From Lama guanicoe (lineage: Eukaryota): a stretch of 64,000 bases of DNA. Positions 61,668 through 64,000 of this stretch are shown here, piece by piece. Numbering within the stretch: the first letter of the stretch is position 1; each line of letters opens with the position of its first letter. The DNA lies in assembly GCA_013239625.1 (NCBI GenBank), contig MU054400.1:665146-729145 (forward strand), in the 5' to 3' direction. The position numbers and the translations under genes are program-made. The notes beneath the pieces were generated by a model, which was not told the DNA's origin, ran no database searches, and saw only the letters and a list, made by a program, of their open reading frames with translations.

Positions 61668-63349
61668 TTCTAGAGTAGTCACGCAGGCAGGGGTTGGAGG
61701 GCAAACTTTGAGGCAGGAAACCCAACCAAGAGACGCCAGAGTGATCCAAGTGAGGAGAGGGTGGTGGGAGTTGATGCTGCGAAGAGGGAAGAGGTTCAGG
61801 AGCTCCAGTGGTCTGCCAGGGTTCAGCAGGGAGCTAGCCCTGCCCAGATCACCCAGGGCACCTCAGACCCCCTCAGCAAATGGAAGCTGTTGCTCATGGG
61901 TTTGGTGGGTTCTCCACTAAGCAGTGGCCTTGACAAAACTTTATAGGTCTGACTAAGTTATATTCAGCATAGACTAAGGGGAAAGACTCCTCCAGCCCAT
62001 ACATAGGGGGAGCCTGTGGGCACCAGGACCCCACATTTGCTCCCCGAGAAGCAGGTGATAGCTTCCTACTCCAGCCCCACTGTCTGCTTCTACAGGAGTT
62101 TCTTCATGGAGCCAGAGCTTTCCAGAGACCAAGGTCTTAACTCTGGAATTCCCTCTTGCTCATCCGGCAGGGCTGGTTTCTCTCAACAGTGGTGCCAGCC
62201 TGGCGTGAAGGGGGAGGTGTGCAGGATGGAGATGAAAGCAGCCCTCCTGACTGCAGGGTCTGCGTGAAGCTGCTCTGGATCCTGTCCTGGACAGGGCCTG
62301 GGCTGGCTGGGGAACAGGCCAGGAGGAGGGAGGATGGAATGTTGGTTTTGTGGGGGAGGTGCAGAGGCTCAAACAGTGGTCCTGAGGTTTAGGTTTGGAG
62401 GAATCCTTCCCTCCAGGTGCCAGCCTTGCTTCATGACTAAAATCCTAGAGACCTTGTTCTCAGGAAAACCTGCCAGTGTGCCTCCTCTTCCAAAGTTGTG
62501 GGGGAGGCCAGGCCTGGCCAGAACTGCTTCACCTTCACAGACCACCTTCCTCGTGTCCCCTCACACACCCTGCCTCACCCTTCGGGAAAGTTCTGCCTCC
62601 CAAACTCCCCACATGGCCTCAGTACTGGTGTCCATACCATCCCCCTTGGCCTTTTAGAGCTCTCAATCCCAGGGCCAGACCAACTCCAGTCTGGAAAGTC
62701 CTAGCCAGAAGGGACAAAGCTCCAAGGGGTGTCACAGTGTGTGCCAGGCCAGGACTGGAATCCAGGCCTCAGGTTTCCCAAACTAGAGCCACCCTAGGCC
62801 AGGAGGGGGCTGAGATCTCAGGAAAAGGGGAGCTGTCTTCCCCAAACAGAACTCCCCTGGAGTCCTCAGTGGCTCAGGCTGCCCCCAGCCCCAGGCTTCT
62901 TGCACTCAGCCTCTTGGGAAACCTGGCTGCAGAGAACCCAGCTAAATAACCGATTGGCTGCCTCAACTCACTTGAGACCCTGGGCAGTTTGCTTCAGGTG
63001 TCTGAGCATTGGTTTCCCCACCCATCAGGTGGGTAATAGTTACTGCCTGTGTGCTGCCCCAAGCCTTTGGAAGGGTAGACAGGGTCTGAGGTTGAGAGGG
63101 TCTCCCAGTGTCATGTGGCATCTCAGCATGGTCAGGCCTCTAAACCTATCCCAGGACTGTCTCAGGGCATAGGGAGAGAAGGAACAGAGCAGTTGTGAGG
63201 CTGCTCTGGCAAAAGCTGGGGCTTCCAATCACCTCCCCCCTTATACCACCTCCACCCCCGCCTACCCCAAATCTGTCACATGGGTGAGGGAATCAGAAGT
63301 CTTCATCTTCCCACACTCTGCCAAGAATCTCTTCTAATAGTAGATAACA

Positions 63350-63545
63350 GCTTTTGAGCACTTTTGATACACTAAGCTCATCTGTTTTATTCCTCAACAC
63401 CTGTAAATGTGCATCCTTATTATTCCTGTTATCCCCATTTTACCCATGGGGAAGCTGGAGATTGGAGAAGTTAGGTCACTTCCCTAAGATCACTCAGTGA
63501 ATTGGGGATCTGAAATTCCTACTAGGTCTGACTCCAAAACCTGTG
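63350..63545 (-). mobile_element. MIR
   Basis: atccccattttacc...ggtcacttccctaagatcactcag...tctgactcca. Confidence 0.65.
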
Positions 63546-64000
63546 TCCTCTCCGCTCCACGGCAGAGCAGTGGCAGCTCACGCAGCTCATCCGGGAGTCC
63601 CTGGGACTCTGTGGCCAAGCAGGTCAGGACAAGTGGGAGGGAAGTTTACACCATGTCCCAGAGTAGAGAATACCCCAGAAGATGAGGCCTTTTCCTACAG
63701 TAGCCATGAGGGGGCAGTGTGTATCCCCAAATCAGGAGCCTGGGGATGGGGTGGGACAAGTGCTTGCACTTTGCCTCAGGAAAGCATTATTTAAAACTTT
63801 TTAGAAGCACTTATAACTGATCTTTTAAGTCATCACCTTTCCATTTCTTTTTTTTATATGTTTTCTTTTCTGCTTGTTGACAAACCAAGTAGAAGCACAG
63901 GAGGAAAAACATAAGCCATGCAGATAATCTGAAGGAAGGTCATCCCAGGCAGAGGGAACAGCCATGGCAAAGGCTCAGTGGTGGAGACATGCCATGCAGC

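Noticed and set aside
61700..64000. Short ORFs up to 157 aa downstream of NFX1, or exons of a neighbouring gene such as AQP7
   Set aside because: No recognisable protein motif (no aquaporin NPA-helix pattern) and no consistent exon structure.
1..64000. CRISPR arrays, operons, U12-type introns, intronic snoRNAs
   Set aside because: Mammalian locus with no repeat-spacer pattern. No donor matches the U12 GTATCCT consensus, and I recognised no convincing C/D or H/ACA RNA by eye.

Overview
Mammalian genomic DNA, probably camelid judging by the tRNA-derived SINE family. It holds one complete + strand gene, NFX1, running from a CpG-island promoter (~780-1450) to a TGA at 59205-59207. I reconstructed 24 coding exons by hand. 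All introns are GT-AG with consistent phases, giving 3360 nt of CDS including the stop, or 1119 aa. The protein has an N-terminal PAM2 motif, a long disordered region, an atypical RING finger, an array of NF-X1-type zinc fingers and an R3H domain. Introns carry L1, L2, MIR, MaLR/MER21-like LTRs, hAT and Tigger-type DNA transposons, SINEs, a solo LTR with intact target-site duplication (TSD) and a near full-length U2 snRNA retropseudogene. I found no convincing new multi-gene system. The best leads concern RNA processing: a read-through/intronic-poly(A) isoform after exon 21, TE-supplied termination signals in intron 15, a regenerated donor at the exon 1/2 junction, a NAGNAG acceptor and a (GT)20-flanked candidate poison exon. 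Repeat names come from recognition, not RepeatMasker, and their boundaries are approximate unless a TSD is given.
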